Both the position numbers and the translations under genes were made by a program. The notes under the pieces are model-generated. The model had not been told where the DNA came from and searched no databases. It saw only the letters and a list, made by a program, of their open reading frames with translations. Of a DNA stretch of 64,000 bases, positions 62,833-64,000 are shown piece after piece. Position 1 is the first letter of the stretch. Each line of letters opens with the position of its first letter. The stretch lies in sequence record MW057919.1; one strand, 5' to 3'.

Positions 62833-63264
62833 ATGAGTGTTCTACAACCGCTAGGAAGTTTCCCAGTATATAAGAAAACTATTGGTGAAACTCGATTTCT
62901 ATTAGACCATGATGTTGCTATCAGTATGGTTACAACTGAGCAAGGTAGTTTTATGACAGCCCCACTGAAAACAGATGGGGTAGAGTTTAATCTATCTGAA
63001 GTCTTTGGTGATTACAAAAAATTTGATAATGTGATTGTAGATAAACTCTACTATCGTGATTTATCTGGTAAAATGCAGTCAAAGGTAGTGCCAACTATCC
63101 CTCAGCTTTATAAAGACATGGCTGTATTCAAAAGTGGTTATACCACTAAAATAAATAATCTCCGTTGGGGTTATTGTTTAACTATTAAAAATGATGGTAC
63201 TGCAAAAATTTGGACAGATGACAATAGTCCTATTTGTGGTGTGTCAATTCGTTTCACAATGTAA
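62833..63264 (+). CDS. Hypothetical protein, 143 aa
   Basis: AGGAG RBS. Confidence 0.8.
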   Translation: MSVLQPLGSFPVYKKTIGETRFLLDHDVAISMVTTEQGSFMTAPLKTDGVEFNLSEVFGDYKKFDNVIVDKLYYRDLSGKMQSKVVPTIPQLYKDMAVFKSGYTTKINNLRWGYCLTIKNDGTAKIWTDDNSPICGVSIRFTM

Positions 63265-63274
63265 CGTCATAATG

Positions 63275-63292
63275 GCCTCCCTTCGGGGAGGC
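63275..63292 (+). terminator. Terminator
   Basis: GCCTCCC-ttcg-GGGAGGC + TTTT. Confidence 0.85.
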
Positions 63293-63326
63293 TTTTATAT
63301 CCTTTTATATAAACAGGTATATTCAA

Positions 63327-63629
63327 ATGAAAATGAATGATAAGGTAATCAAATCGACTCAGTATATGTTGGATAATACTGATAAATTCATAAGTGCTGT
63401 TTTCTCTGGTGAGGATCGATACATTGATGCATGCGCTGGTCTGGTTGCTGCACATGGGGATAAAACTGAACAGTATCGTTATATCTGGGAAGAAGCTGGA
63501 TTGGACTTTAACAAAGCCCAAGTAATATATTTTCTAACGTACACCAAATTACTAGGTGATACTCCTAAACATATGTCATGCCAATGGGTTATCGATAACT
63601 ATAATAAATATAATAAACTATTACCTTAA
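63327..63629 (+). CDS. Hypothetical protein, 100 aa
   Basis: AGGT RBS. Confidence 0.75.
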   Translation: MKMNDKVIKSTQYMLDNTDKFISAVFSGEDRYIDACAGLVAAHGDKTEQYRYIWEEAGLDFNKAQVIYFLTYTKLLGDTPKHMSCQWVIDNYNKYNKLLP

Positions 63630-63714
63630 TACGGGGTAATAGTTTATTATAATAAAATTTAAAGTTATATAACAACCATGCCAAATAAAATAAATATTAT
63701 CTGAGGTATCACAA

Positions 63715-63867
63715 ATGGAAGGAATGAAATATGTAGCATTGTTTTTAGTTATAGCGGTTTTAGGTAGTACGCTAATTGGTATTAATAAAATTATCAATAT
63801 AGGTGATATCGATGGATACCGATCAGAAAAAGAAAGAATCACCGAAATTCAATCCTATCATAAATAG
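63715..63867 (+). CDS. Small membrane/exported peptide, 50 aa (not in track)
   Basis: GAGG RBS; MEGMKYVALFLVIAVLGSTLIGINK... Confidence 0.55.
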   Translation: MEGMKYVALFLVIAVLGSTLIGINKIINIGDIDGYRSEKERITEIQSYHK

Positions 63868-63923
63868 CATCTTTAACAAGTCATGGCTGACTGAAGAGAA
63901 GAGTTGTAAAGAGGTAAAAAGAA

Positions 63924-64000
63924 ATGAGTTCAACAGTGAGCTGTCTAGCAAACGCGCTAGCTAATGGTATTAGTCTTATCGCTAAGAATAAAGTTCAAGT
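63924..64000 (+). CDS. 5' end of a gene truncated by the window edge
   Basis: GAGG RBS; MSSTVSCLANALANGISLIAKNKVQ... Confidence 0.55.
   Translation, partial: MSSTVSCLANALANGISLIAKNKVQ

Noticed and set aside
11912-63292. CRISPR array or IS/MITE interpretation of the repeated hairpins
   Set aside because: Repeats are kilobases apart, sit at gene ends with U-tracts, and have no spacers, cas genes, transposase or target-site duplications.

Overview
AT-rich segment of a phiKZ-like (Phikzvirus, nucleus-forming jumbo) Pseudomonas phage genome; the gene order matches my recollection of phiKZ about gp178-gp265, but I could not verify gp numbers by search. Left end: virion RNA polymerase subunits (minus strand), a 2237-aa tail protein with a C-terminal lytic transglycosylase, and a 664-aa structural protein. 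A second minus-strand late block (20.9-25.5 kb) encodes two probable virion proteins and an SF2 helicase. The rest is about 100 mostly small plus-strand accessory genes organised by a repeated 'GC hairpin terminator + TATATTAC early promoter' cassette. Recognisable functions: thymidylate kinase, dCTP deaminase, insert-laden ThyA, AAA ATPase, SLOG/DprA-like protein, DEDDh exonuclease, DUF3307 protein, Tad1-family nucleotide-signal sponge, SspB-like ClpXP adaptor, Pol-beta (RlaP-like) nucleotidyltransferase, SpoT-type HD hydrolase and a Zn deaminase. Best candidates for undescribed biology: (i) a ~245-nt ORF-free, highly structured and possibly pseudoknotted RNA at 25.48-25.73 kb; (ii) a family of six exported helical proteins each carrying one N-terminal and one C-terminal Cys, five of them clustered at 53.1-56.0 kb under an early promoter; (iii) the SspB mimic; (iv) a UUU-UGA +1 shifty-stop gene; (v) deletion-collapsed pseudogenes at 59.6-60.7 kb. 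No tRNA, CRISPR array, integrase or transposase was recognised.
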